Source of the DNA: Gammaproteobacteria bacterium
Lineage (GTDB): Bacteria > Pseudomonadota > Gammaproteobacteria > GRL18
Direction of reading: 5' to 3'
Assembly: GCA_028571885.1 (NCBI GenBank)
Contig: JAPVVU010000001.1
Location: 1-44,612, forward strand
DNA length: 44,612 bases
Made by a program: the position numbers and the translations under genes. Below the pieces are notes generated by a model. The model had not been told where the DNA came from. It did not search any database and saw only the letters and a program-made list of their open reading frames with translations. Below, in pieces: positions 21,250 through 30,229 of this stretch (the stretch's first letter is position 1; each line of letters opens with the position of its first letter).

Positions 21250-22209
21250 ATGGCACGGAGAAAAAAGGGCCGTCCTGTCAATGGTATTCTGGTACTTGAT
21301 AAACCCACTGGAATCACATCAAATAAAGCGCTACAAAAAGTAAAACGTTTATTTAATGCTCAAAAAGCCGGTCATACTGGTAGTCTTGATCCGCTTGCCA
21401 CAGGTGTTTTGCCCATATGTCTGGGTGAAGCAACCAAAGTTTCACATTATTTACTTGATGCCGATAAACGCTACCGGGCAAAATGTATTTTAGGTATTGT
21501 GACGACAACCGGGGATTCTGATGGTGATGCCATCGAACAGAAACCTGTACCTCAAATAAATAAAAGTGATTTATTGACTTTATTATCATCATTTGAAGGT
21601 CTTCAAAAGCAAACTCCTCCAATGTATTCTGCCCTTAAACATAATGGCCGTCCATTATATGAATATGCTAGAAAGGGCATAGAAATTGAACGTAAATCAC
21701 GTCAAATAACCATATATAACATAACATTACTGGACTTTTCAGTAAAAAATAAATTCATAGAAATTGAAGTCCAATGTTCAAAAGGCACATATATTCGTAC
21801 GTTATGCGAAGACATCGGTCATAAAATCGGGTGTGGTGCTCATATCAGTGAATTGCGGCGTATTGATTCCGGACCATTTTTATTGTCTCAATCAATTACC
21901 ATGGATGAACTGTTTAAACGATTTGGTCCAGATGAATCATTAGACAATCCGTTAGAAAAGCCATTAAGTGAGCAGGCTTATGAAAAAATGGATCAATTAT
22001 TACTGCCCACTGATACCGCTATTCTTCAATTTCCGGCGATTAAACTCGATGAGCAGCAATATAAAAGAATACAGCATGGAATGACTATCGATATGCAGCC
22101 TGAAATTGAATCAGATAATTATCGTTTGTATTATGATAAGGCATTGATTGGATTAGGGGTTTTAGATAAAGACAAGCAATTAAAACCGAAAAGATTACTA
22201 TTTTTATAA
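21250..22209 (+). CDS. truB: tRNA pseudouridine(55) synthase
   Basis: KAGHTGSLDPLATGVL, PPMYSALK, CSKGTYIRTL. Confidence 0.98.
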   Translation: MARRKKGRPVNGILVLDKPTGITSNKALQKVKRLFNAQKAGHTGSLDPLATGVLPICLGEATKVSHYLLDADKRYRAKCILGIVTTTGDSDGDAIEQKPVPQINKSDLLTLLSSFEGLQKQTPPMYSALKHNGRPLYEYARKGIEIERKSRQITIYNITLLDFSVKNKFIEIEVQCSKGTYIRTLCEDIGHKIGCGAHISELRRIDSGPFLLSQSITMDELFKRFGPDESLDNPLEKPLSEQAYEKMDQLLLPTDTAILQFPAIKLDEQQYKRIQHGMTIDMQPEIESDNYRLYYDKALIGLGVLDKDKQLKPKRLLFL

Positions 22210-22259
22210 AGATAATTATCGCCTTAATACACACAGCTTAATTCAATCAGTTATATTGC

Positions 22260-22295
22260 TTGTTATAAATAAATCTAGAAGGTAAAATACACGCC
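22260..22295 (+). promoter_or_regulatory. Putative sigma70 promoter of rpsO
   Basis: TTGTTA, 17 bp, TAAAAT followed by a GC-rich discriminator ACACGCC. Confidence 0.45.
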
Positions 22296-22458
22296 TTGTT
22301 TGAAACTGTAATTACTTATTTTACGATTTATGATTATAAATTCTTTTAGAGTTTCATCCTTTAGTTGAGCACATTGGTTTAAATAAATAGATGGTTTAAA
22401 GAATACACACCAGCCTGTTTTATTTTTTCTGATACTTTAATGTTTTAGGAGTAAAAAA

Positions 22459-22725
22459 ATGATTTCTGTACAACAAAAAAGCGAAATAGTTAAAGAACAC
22501 AGCCGTGGGACCGATGATACGGGTTCTCCAGAAGTTCAGGTGGCATTATTAACAGCAAAGATCACAGATCTGACTGAACATTTTAAAGTTCATATACATG
22601 ATCACCATTCACGCCAGGGTCTATTAAGAATGGTAAGCAAGCGTAGAAAAATGCTTGATTATCTTAAGAAAAAAGATAGTGAGCGTTATCGTTCACTGAT
22701 CACTAAATTAGGTTTACGTAAGTAA
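22459..22725 (+). CDS. rpsO: 30S ribosomal protein S15
   Basis: [26 protein letters not shown]; AGGAG RBS. Confidence 0.99.
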   Translation: MISVQQKSEIVKEHSRGTDDTGSPEVQVALLTAKITDLTEHFKVHIHDHHSRQGLLRMVSKRRKMLDYLKKKDSERYRSLITKLGLRK

Positions 22726-22762
22726 AACCAGTAAATTCCAAGCAATACACCTCACAATGTGA

Positions 22763-22810
22763 CTGAATTTAAATTCCCGCCGGTAGAAACCGGAAACGAT
22801 TTAAATTCAG
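22763..22810 (+). promoter_or_regulatory. rpsO-pnp intergenic stem-loop (probable RNase III/PNPase autoregulation site)
   Basis: CTGAATTTAAAT...CCGGT-AGAA-ACCGG...ATTTAAATTCAG; function by analogy with the E. coli pnp leader. Confidence 0.55.
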
Positions 22811-22846
22811 GAGCTACTTCAGCCGAATGAACGGAGTATAAATAGC

Positions 22847-24964
22847 GTGACACCAATTACAAAAACATTTCAGTTTGGACAAGACACAGTAACTATTGAA
22901 ACAGGCGAAATTGCACGCCAGGCATCAGGTGCTGTTATGGTCACCATAGGAGGAACTTCAGTTTTTGTTACTGTCGTTGCTAAAAAAGAAGGCAGGCCTG
23001 GTGCTGATTTCTTTCCTTTAACGATTGATTATCAGGAAAAAACTTATGCCGCAGGTAAAATACCAGGTGGTTTTTTCAAGCGTGAAGGGCGTCCCAGTGA
23101 AAATGAAACTTTAGTCTCACGTTTAATTGACCGTCCTCTACGGCCATTATTTCCTAAGGGGTACTACAACGAAGTTCAGGTTATATGTACTGTTGTGTCT
23201 CTTAATCCTGATATTGACCCTGACATTCCAGCCATGATAGGTGCTTCTGCTGCTATGTCACTTGCTGATGTACCGTTTAATGGCCCGATAGGCTGTTGTC
23301 GCGTTGGCTATATCGATGGTGAATATGTACTGAATCCTGGTCGTGAGCAATTAGATGAATCGGAACTTGACTTGATTGTTGCTGGTACAGATGCCGCAGT
23401 ATTAATGGTTGAATCTGAAGCAGATGAATTAGCAGAAGAAGTAATGCTTGGTGCTGTGATGTTTGGTCATGATGAATATCATACTGTTATCACTGAAATT
23501 AATGCCTTCGTTGCTGAAGTTGGCAATACTCGTTCAGAGTATGCTGCAGCTGCAGTTGATGAAGACCTCATTAATACTGTCAATGATGAATGTGAAGCAT
23601 CAGTTGCTGAAGCATATAAAATCAGTGACAAGCTTGATCGTCTTAACAAGCTTGATGACATTCGTTCAGCATTAATTGAAAAAATAACCAGTGCAGATGA
23701 TGCTAAGTGGTCTGATAGTGATTTATCGGGTGCTTTTTATAAATTGGAGAAGAGGGTCGTACGCAGCAGTATTATTGCCGGCAATCCGCGTATCGACGGT
23801 CGTGATACTAAAACAGTACGTCCTTTACATATACGTACAGGTGTCCTGGAGCGTACTCACGGTTCAGCCTTATTTACACGCGGTGAAACTCAGGCTCTGG
23901 TTGTTACAACCCTTGGTACTGCACGTGATGCACAGATCATTGATGCCCTCGAAGGCAGTTATAAAGATTCATTTATGCTTCACTATAACTTTCCTCCCTA
24001 CAGTGTTGGTGAAACGGGTCGTGTCGGCACGCCGAAACGTCGTGAAATTGGTCATGGTCGTCTGGCGAAACGCGGTGTTGCCGCAGTTCTTCCAACAGTT
24101 GATGAATTCCCATACACCATTCGTGTTGTTTCGGAAATCACAGAGTCTAATGGTTCAAGCTCAATGGCTTCAGTCTGCGGAACCAGTTTATCTTTGATGG
24201 ATGCCGGTGTGCCTATTTCTTCTCCTGTTGCTGGCATTGCAATGGGTCTTATTAAAGAAGATGATGGTTTTGCGGTGCTTACAGATATCCTGGGTGATGA
24301 AGATCACTTAGGTGATATGGACTTTAAAGTTGCTGGTACAGAAAATGGTGTTAATGCTCTGCAAATGGACATTAAAATTGAAGGTATCACAAAAGAAATT
24401 ATGGAAATTGCATTAGCACAGGCAAAAGATGCTCGTTTGGACATCCTGAACCAGATGAATGCCGTTATTTCCAGCGCAAATACTGAAATGTCTGACTTTG
24501 CACCTCGCATTCTGACCATTCAAATCAATCCGGATAAGATTCGTGATGTCATTGGTAAGGGTGGTTCAACAATTAAAGGCCTTAGTGAAGAAACCGGCTG
24601 TAATATTGATATCAATGATGAAGGTATTGTTAAGATTTCATCAACTGATAACAGCGCTGCACAGGAATGTAAACGTCGTATTGAGGAAATCACTCAAGAC
24701 GTTGAAGTTGGAAAAATCTATAATGGTCGTGTCACCAAGATTATGGACTTCGGTGCATTTGTTACTATCATCCCAGGTAAAGATGGTCTTGTTCATATTT
24801 CACAGATTTGTGAAGAACGTGTGAATAATGTCACTGATAAATTAACTGAAGGTGAGTTTGTTGATGTTAAGGTACTTGAAATTGACAAGCAAGGACGTAT
24901 TCGACTGAGTATGAAGGCTATTGCTGCTGACGCTGCAAGTGCTGAAACTACTACAGAAGAGTAA
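22847..24964 (+). CDS. pnp: Polyribonucleotide nucleotidyltransferase
   Basis: [41 protein letters not shown]; KH and S1 domains. Confidence 0.99.
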   Translation: MTPITKTFQFGQDTVTIETGEIARQASGAVMVTIGGTSVFVTVVAKKEGRPGADFFPLTIDYQEKTYAAGKIPGGFFKREGRPSENETLVSRLIDRPLRPLFPKGYYNEVQVICTVVSLNPDIDPDIPAMIGASAAMSLADVPFNGPIGCCRVGYIDGEYVLNPGREQLDESELDLIVAGTDAAVLMVESEADELAEEVMLGAVMFGHDEYHTVITEINAFVAEVGNTRSEYAAAAVDEDLINTVNDECEASVAEAYKISDKLDRLNKLDDIRSALIEKITSADDAKWSDSDLSGAFYKLEKRVVRSSIIAGNPRIDGRDTKTVRPLHIRTGVLERTHGSALFTRGETQALVVTTLGTARDAQIIDALEGSYKDSFMLHYNFPPYSVGETGRVGTPKRREIGHGRLAKRGVAAVLPTVDEFPYTIRVVSEITESNGSSSMASVCGTSLSLMDAGVPISSPVAGIAMGLIKEDDGFAVLTDILGDEDHLGDMDFKVAGTENGVNALQMDIKIEGITKEIMEIALAQAKDARLDILNQMNAVISSANTEMSDFAPRILTIQINPDKIRDVIGKGGSTIKGLSEETGCNIDINDEGIVKISSTDNSAAQECKRRIEEITQDVEVGKIYNGRVTKIMDFGAFVTIIPGKDGLVHISQICEERVNNVTDKLTEGEFVDVKVLEIDKQGRIRLSMKAIAADAASAETTTEE

Positions 24965-24976
24965 TCCCAGTTCCAA

Positions 24977-25021
24977 CTTTTACTATCAGCGTCTTTGGCG
25001 TTGATAGTAAAAGACCTTTTC
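24977..25021 (+). terminator. Putative terminator after pnp
   Basis: CTTTTACTATCAGCG-loop-CGTTGATAGTAAAAG hairpin followed by CCTTTT. Confidence 0.6.
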
Positions 25022-25180
25022 TACAATTGTTCTACTCTCCACGCTTTTTATACACATATACACGTTACATTCCTTTTTAATTTTTCTTTAAAAGTTTTCT
25101 ATTAAATGTTGATATTTTTCTAATATACGTCTTTACTATTACGTATATATTTTCAACCTAAGGTTATAGTTTATATTATT

Positions 25181-26164
25181 ATGAGTGTTATTAATGGTTA
25201 TAAAATTCAGGGCATTCTCGCAAAAGGAGGAATGGCAACTATCTATATTGCTGTGCAGGAATCTCTAAAACGTCAGGTTGCACTCAAAATTTTAGATCCT
25301 AAGCTTGATGCTAAGATACTTGATCTTTTTTTAGAGGAGAGTCGTATTATTGCTTCTCTTAAACATCCAAATATTATTCCGGTTTTTGATGTTGGTAGAG
25401 TTGGTATTCACTTTTATCATGCTATGGAATATTTAGAAGGTGGAGATCTTGAAGCACGATTATCTGAAGGTGTTAGCAGAAATACTGCCCTGGAAATTAC
25501 TCTTGAATTAGCAGATGCGCTTTATCTGGTACACAGTAAGGGAATTATTCATGGAGACATAAAGCCCGCTAATGTTGTTTTTCGAAGTGATGATTGCCCT
25601 GTATTAACAGATTTCGGCATATCGAAACGGACGGATGTTTCTGAAACAGCGAATTCACAATCACAAGAAATTCTCGCCAGTCCCAGCTATGCAAGTCCTG
25701 AAATTATGCAAGGTCAAAAATTCAACCAGAAAGTTGATATCTATAGTCTTGGAGTCATGTTATATGAAATGCTGGTAGGGGAAAAACCTTATACTGGTTC
25801 AACACATGCTGAACTTGTTGCTAATAGTATTCAGCAACCGATTCCATTACTGCCTGTGACACTTAAACCGTTACAACCACTCATTGATCACATGCTGGCT
25901 AAAGATCAGGTTGATCGTATTGGTGATGCACGTATGATTTCAAGATATATTAAAAAATATCTGCGAGATCATCCCGATGATAAGAAAAACATACCAGAAA
26001 ATAACCCGAATCTTGAAGCGGACAACAGTGGTGATGTTGTTTTAGAATATGTCTCTAATTCTAAGAACCATATCACAATCAACCCATCTAAGACTCTGAT
26101 ACCTCTACTTATTGTACTTTTTTCTGTTATAGTTGCAGCTTCAGTCTGGTTCTTTGTAATTTAG
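25181..26164 (+). CDS. Hanks-type Ser/Thr protein kinase A (non-RD, C-terminal TM anchor)
   Basis: AKGGMA, VALK, HPNI, HGDIKPAN, DFG, YASPE, DIYSLG; hydrophobic C-terminus. Confidence 0.93.
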   Translation: MSVINGYKIQGILAKGGMATIYIAVQESLKRQVALKILDPKLDAKILDLFLEESRIIASLKHPNIIPVFDVGRVGIHFYHAMEYLEGGDLEARLSEGVSRNTALEITLELADALYLVHSKGIIHGDIKPANVVFRSDDCPVLTDFGISKRTDVSETANSQSQEILASPSYASPEIMQGQKFNQKVDIYSLGVMLYEMLVGEKPYTGSTHAELVANSIQQPIPLLPVTLKPLQPLIDHMLAKDQVDRIGDARMISRYIKKYLRDHPDDKKNIPENNPNLEADNSGDVVLEYVSNSKNHITINPSKTLIPLLIVLFSVIVAASVWFFVI

Positions 26165-26236
26165 TCTATGGTTTATTGGTTGTGATTTTATCAATTATAT
26201 AGAAACCTTTTTATTTGGAGATAATTTTAATATTTC

Positions 26237-27784
26237 ATGAAGTCTATTGCTGGATATAATGTAATAAAACTCATTGCAAAAGGTGGTATGGCAGCTATCT
26301 ATCTGGCAGAGCAGCAATCCCTGCAGCGCCAGGTTGTTCTTAAGTTTTTAAACCCGAAATTAGATGAAGCAGTAAAAAAACGATTTATTGATGAAGGTCG
26401 TATAATTGCTTCACTTAAACATCCCAATATTATCACTGTGTTTGATGTTGTCAGTTCTGGTAATCATAATTTTATTGCTATGGAGTATTTACCTGATGGC
26501 GATCTTGAATCACGACTACTCAAAAAACTTGATACTTTTTGTGTCCTTAATATTATCAGTAAAATTGCTGATGCGCTTCATGTAGTTCATAAGCAAGGTA
26601 TAATACATGGCGATATTAAACCTGCAAATATCCTATTTCGTGGTACCGACTGTCCGCTTTTAACTGATTTTGGAATCTCACATAGAATCGAGCCAAAAAA
26701 AGAAGTAGACCTTGGCTCTGGTGACCTTTATGCCAGTCCTACTTATGCTTCACCTGAGCTCATTCAAGGCAAGCCCTTTGACTATCGAACGGATATTTAT
26801 AGTCTGGGGATTATGCTGTATGAAATGTTATTAGGTGAAAAACCATTTACTGGTGAAACTGAAATAGAAACAATTGCTAATAGCATTCAACAGCCGGTTC
26901 CTCAACTACCAGAACCACTTAAAGAGCTGCAACCCCTATTGGAAAGCCTACTGGCAAAATCGCCAGATGATCGCTTATCTGATGCCAAACTGGTTTCACG
27001 CTTTATCATCCAGTACCTCAAGGATCATCCGGATTTAAGCAAACCATCTTCTGACACCAATTTAATTGATACTGATGTTGTCGTTGAATATATTGCAAAA
27101 AATAAAGATGTAAAATCAAAAAAAACAAAAACTAATTATATTGGTACATCAATTCTAACACTTATACTACTACTTACTATCTTGTTAAATAAAGACACTT
27201 TATGGCATGAATATCTTGCTAATCCACCGGTCACAGCACCACCATTAATTACCACTACAGTTGAGCCAAAAGAAAACAACATTGCTTTATCTGAGAGTGA
27301 GCAATTCAACGAACCTAAACTTGAATTATATGAACAGCAAAATATCCTGAATCAAAAAAACAGAGAGCTTGCTCAGGTAAAGAAAGAGTTAAAAAAGCAA
27401 CGAAAACTGATTCAAAATAAACAGCTTAATAACAAAAGAAGGATTAGAAGCTTAATTAATAAAGGGCAAGCTTCTTTAAAAAAATATCATCTGACCACTC
27501 CTTTAAACGATAACGCATTATATTATTTTCAAAAAGTGCTTGAATTAGATACTACTAATAAAAAGGCTAAAAAAGGTGTTGAAGATGTTGTCTACCGATA
27601 TGAATTGCTTGCTCGAGGTGAACTGGATAAATACCATTATCAAAAAGCTCAATCGTATATCAGTTCTGGCCTGAGTATTGATGCAAAAAATGAACGGCTG
27701 CTGGCATTGCAAAATGAAGCAAATTTACATAATGAACCTAAAAGGATAATTAACAAAGTAAAAGGTTTTTTTAATAATTTATAA
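26237..27784 (+). CDS. Hanks-type Ser/Thr protein kinase B (non-RD, TM, coiled coil, TPR-like C-terminal region)
   Basis: AKGGMA, VVLK, HGDIKPAN, DFG, YASPE; TM YIGTSILTLILLLTILL; LTTPLNDNALYYFQKVLELD TPR-like helix pair. Confidence 0.93.
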   Translation: MKSIAGYNVIKLIAKGGMAAIYLAEQQSLQRQVVLKFLNPKLDEAVKKRFIDEGRIIASLKHPNIITVFDVVSSGNHNFIAMEYLPDGDLESRLLKKLDTFCVLNIISKIADALHVVHKQGIIHGDIKPANILFRGTDCPLLTDFGISHRIEPKKEVDLGSGDLYASPTYASPELIQGKPFDYRTDIYSLGIMLYEMLLGEKPFTGETEIETIANSIQQPVPQLPEPLKELQPLLESLLAKSPDDRLSDAKLVSRFIIQYLKDHPDLSKPSSDTNLIDTDVVVEYIAKNKDVKSKKTKTNYIGTSILTLILLLTILLNKDTLWHEYLANPPVTAPPLITTTVEPKENNIALSESEQFNEPKLELYEQQNILNQKNRELAQVKKELKKQRKLIQNKQLNNKRRIRSLINKGQASLKKYHLTTPLNDNALYYFQKVLELDTTNKKAKKGVEDVVYRYELLARGELDKYHYQKAQSYISSGLSIDAKNERLLALQNEANLHNEPKRIINKVKGFFNNL

Positions 27785-27897
27785 TAAAAAACGTATTTTC
27801 ACATGGAAATCAAATTATAATAGTCTATTATTACAATAATCTCTTACTTGCGTGAAAGCGTTCATATTGTATACAAAATTCTTATTTGGGAGTTAAA

Positions 27898-28362
27898 ATG
27901 AGACTGGTTTTAAGATTTGATGGTCAGGATGTTCAAGAATTTGTACTGGATAAAAAAGATATCACCATTGGTCGAGTAGCCAGGAATGATATTGCTATTG
28001 ATAATTTAGCCATTAGTAGTCATCATGCTACTGTTCATGCTATGGAAGAAGGTGCTGTTTTAGAGGATATGAACAGTACTAATGGTACATTCGTAAATGA
28101 TAAAAAAGTCACTCGCCATACTCTTAAAGATGGTGATATTATCGGCATTGGAAAACACCAGATTCTTTTTTTTAATAATTCAGCTTTTTCTACCGCAGGT
28201 TCAGACGATCAAAGTGAAGCAACCGTTATGATGTCGTCAGATTTCCAGCAGCAATTACAGCAAGAACTTTCCAAGAGTAAAACCGCCACGCGTACGACAA
28301 CAAGAAGAGTGCATAAGAAAAAAGGTTTCTTTGCGAAAATAAAAGAAATGTTTGGCTTCTAA
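27898..28362 (+). CDS. FHA domain protein
   Basis: IGR, SSHHA, DMNSTNGTFVN, LKDGDII; GGGAG RBS before the ATG at 27898. Confidence 0.93.
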   Translation: MRLVLRFDGQDVQEFVLDKKDITIGRVARNDIAIDNLAISSHHATVHAMEEGAVLEDMNSTNGTFVNDKKVTRHTLKDGDIIGIGKHQILFFNNSAFSTAGSDDQSEATVMMSSDFQQQLQQELSKSKTATRTTTRRVHKKKGFFAKIKEMFGF

Positions 28363-28383
28363 ATAACTGTTCCTAAACAATGA

Positions 28384-28458
28384 GCATCAGAACCTGGCAT
28401 TTATTATTGTGCTCAGTCTGCGTCAAATCGCTCAATAATAAATGCCGAGTTCTGATGC
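28384..28458. repeat. Long inverted repeat (REP/MITE-like palindrome)
   Basis: GCATCAGAACCTGGCATTTATTATTG, 23-nt loop, CAATAATAAATGCCGAGTTCTGATGC; 26-bp arms with 2 differences. Confidence 0.8.
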
Positions 28459-28537
28459 GGATCATTAAATAATAAATACTCACTATTTCCCCTCATGGGG
28501 CCTACTTTTGGTGGAACACTAATTTAGATAATATGAC

Positions 28538-28576
28538 AAAAAAGGCCTGATCCATTTCTGGATCAGGCCTTTTTTT
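28538..28576. terminator. Bidirectional rho-independent terminator between the FHA gene and sat
   Basis: AAAAAAGGCCTGATCCA-TTTC-TGGATCAGGCCTTTTTTT between convergent genes. Confidence 0.88.
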
Positions 28577-28714
28577 GTAGTACTTTTTTTGTAGTAAAAG
28601 AACAGAAGTAATAAATTACATTACGACTTCTTAGTGCTTCTAAGCAACTTAAAATTTTGCAACCATGTTATTAAGAATTTTATATTACAAAAACAATGGT
28701 CGGTAAATTTTAAA

Positions 28715-28774
28715 TTTAGCTAAGGGCTTTTTTAAGTTTAGCTAAAGGCTTTTTTAAGTTCAGCTAAGGGCTTT
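28715..28774 (+). repeat. 22-bp tandem repeat (about 2.7 copies) just downstream of the sat stop
   Basis: TTTAGCTAAGGGCTTTTTTAAG / TTTAGCTAAAGGCTTTTTTAAG / TTCAGCTAAGGGCTTT. Confidence 0.9.
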
Positions 28775-28779
28775 AATTA

Positions 28780-29970
28780 CTACTTGATGCTTTCGTAATA
28801 ATCCATCAGGATCTGAGCAACCTCAGGGCGTGAGAATTCTTTAGGTGGTGCAATACCATTACCTAACATTTCACGAACCTTAGTACCGGAAAGCAGCACG
28901 AAATCATCTTTAGTATGATCAGGAGCTTCACACATCATAACAACTTTATCTAATTTCTTAGAATAAGCAGTATGATCAGCTTTAAATATTTCAATCTCTA
29001 ATGCGTCTTCAGGTACATCATTGTCAAAAATAGTTTGTGCATCAAATGCACCATAATGATCACCAACACCAGCATGGTCACGACCAATAATGAAGTGAGT
29101 TGCCCCCATATTTTGACGGAAAACAGCATGTAATACACCTTCACGTGGACCGGCATATAACATATCAAATCCGTAACCAGTCACCATTGCACTGTTTTTA
29201 GGGAAATATAATTCAACCATTTTACGAATTGCAGCATCACGAACCGGAGCAGGAATATCACCTGGCTTTAATTTGCCTAACAGCATGTGAATAACCAGGC
29301 CATCACAATCAAGACGATCCATTGCCATGTGACAAAGTTCTTCGTGCGCAAGGTGCATAGGATTACGAGTCTGGAAAGCAACAATCTTCTTCCAGCCGCG
29401 TTCAGCGATTTCGTTACGAATTTCAACCGCTGTACGGAACGTATCAGGGAATTCACTTTGGAAATAGGAGAAATTCAGCACCTGGATAGGACCAGACAAA
29501 CAAACTTTGCCCTGTGCAACAAAAGCATCAACACCAGGATGCGCTTCATCAGGGCTTGGCGCATAGACTTTTTGAGAAATCAAAGCGATTTCTTCATCAG
29601 TAAATTCTTCAACAGACTCAACGTCCATTACAGCAAGAATAGGGTTGCCATCAACATTAGGATCTTTAAGGGCAATACGATCGCCTGCTTTGATGCCGCC
29701 GGCATCCTGCAGCAGGTTAAGAACTGGAGTTGGCCAGAAAAGACCGGAAGTGGTTTTCATATCAGTAGCAACTGATAAAGTATCCGCTTTATTCATATAA
29801 CCTGTCAGAGGATTAAAATAACCAGCACCCAGCATAACCGCATTTGCTGCTGTTGCAGAGCTAACCACGACAGAAGCAAGACCTTCAGCTTCTTTGTGCA
29901 ACGCTTCATTTTTAGCTGAATCATAAACGAATAGCGGGTTTAGTTCATCCGACCCATGAGGTTTGATCAT
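28780..29970 (-). CDS. sat: Sulfate adenylyltransferase (ATP sulfurylase), sulfur-oxidiser type
   Basis: MIKPHGSDELNPL N-terminus, AFQTRNPMHLAHE, YAGPREG, GRDHAGVG, LSGTKVR, FSRPEVA; GGAG RBS supports a start at 29970. Confidence 0.95.
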   Translation of the reverse strand: MIKPHGSDELNPLFVYDSAKNEALHKEAEGLASVVVSSATAANAVMLGAGYFNPLTGYMNKADTLSVATDMKTTSGLFWPTPVLNLLQDAGGIKAGDRIALKDPNVDGNPILAVMDVESVEEFTDEEIALISQKVYAPSPDEAHPGVDAFVAQGKVCLSGPIQVLNFSYFQSEFPDTFRTAVEIRNEIAERGWKKIVAFQTRNPMHLAHEELCHMAMDRLDCDGLVIHMLLGKLKPGDIPAPVRDAAIRKMVELYFPKNSAMVTGYGFDMLYAGPREGVLHAVFRQNMGATHFIIGRDHAGVGDHYGAFDAQTIFDNDVPEDALEIEIFKADHTAYSKKLDKVVMMCEAPDHTKDDFVLLSGTKVREMLGNGIAPPKEFSRPEVAQILMDYYESIK

Positions 29971-30068
29971 GTAATTTCTCCAAATATTGACATAACGCAT
30001 CAGCTTATCCAATGCGAGCTAAAATTTTTTAACCGTGAAAGACTAGCTTATTGTGCACTTAAATAGCA

Positions 30069-30082
30069 TTGATCTTTATCAA
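30069..30082. promoter_or_regulatory. FNR/Dnr-family binding site upstream of sat
   Basis: TTGATCTTTATCAA is an exact TTGAT-N4-ATCAA match, about 100 bp upstream of the sat start. Confidence 0.72.
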
Positions 30083-30166
30083 ATATCTTTAAAATAAAAA
30101 AATATAAGCGCCTAGATACCACAAAAAAATAATAATCACGGTAATTTTGTGCCATGAATTCTACCA

Positions 30167-30202
30167 GAAAAAACCCTGTATTTGGGAAAAAATACAGGGT
30201 TT
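30167..30202 (-). terminator. Rho-independent terminator of sucA-sucB-lpdA
   Basis: AAACCCTGTATTT-loop-AAATACAGGGTTT hairpin with a T-run on the minus strand. Confidence 0.75.
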
Positions 30203-30229
30203 CAATGATATTTAGAGAACACTAATATT

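Noticed and set aside
22296-22458. S15 autoregulatory leader pseudoknot
   Set aside because: Expected by position, but I could not match the E. coli-type sequence with confidence.
25181-28362. T6SS PpkA/Fha cluster or pseudokinases
   Set aside because: No T6SS structural genes or phosphatase in the window; catalytic Lys, Glu, Asp, Asn and DFG are retained.
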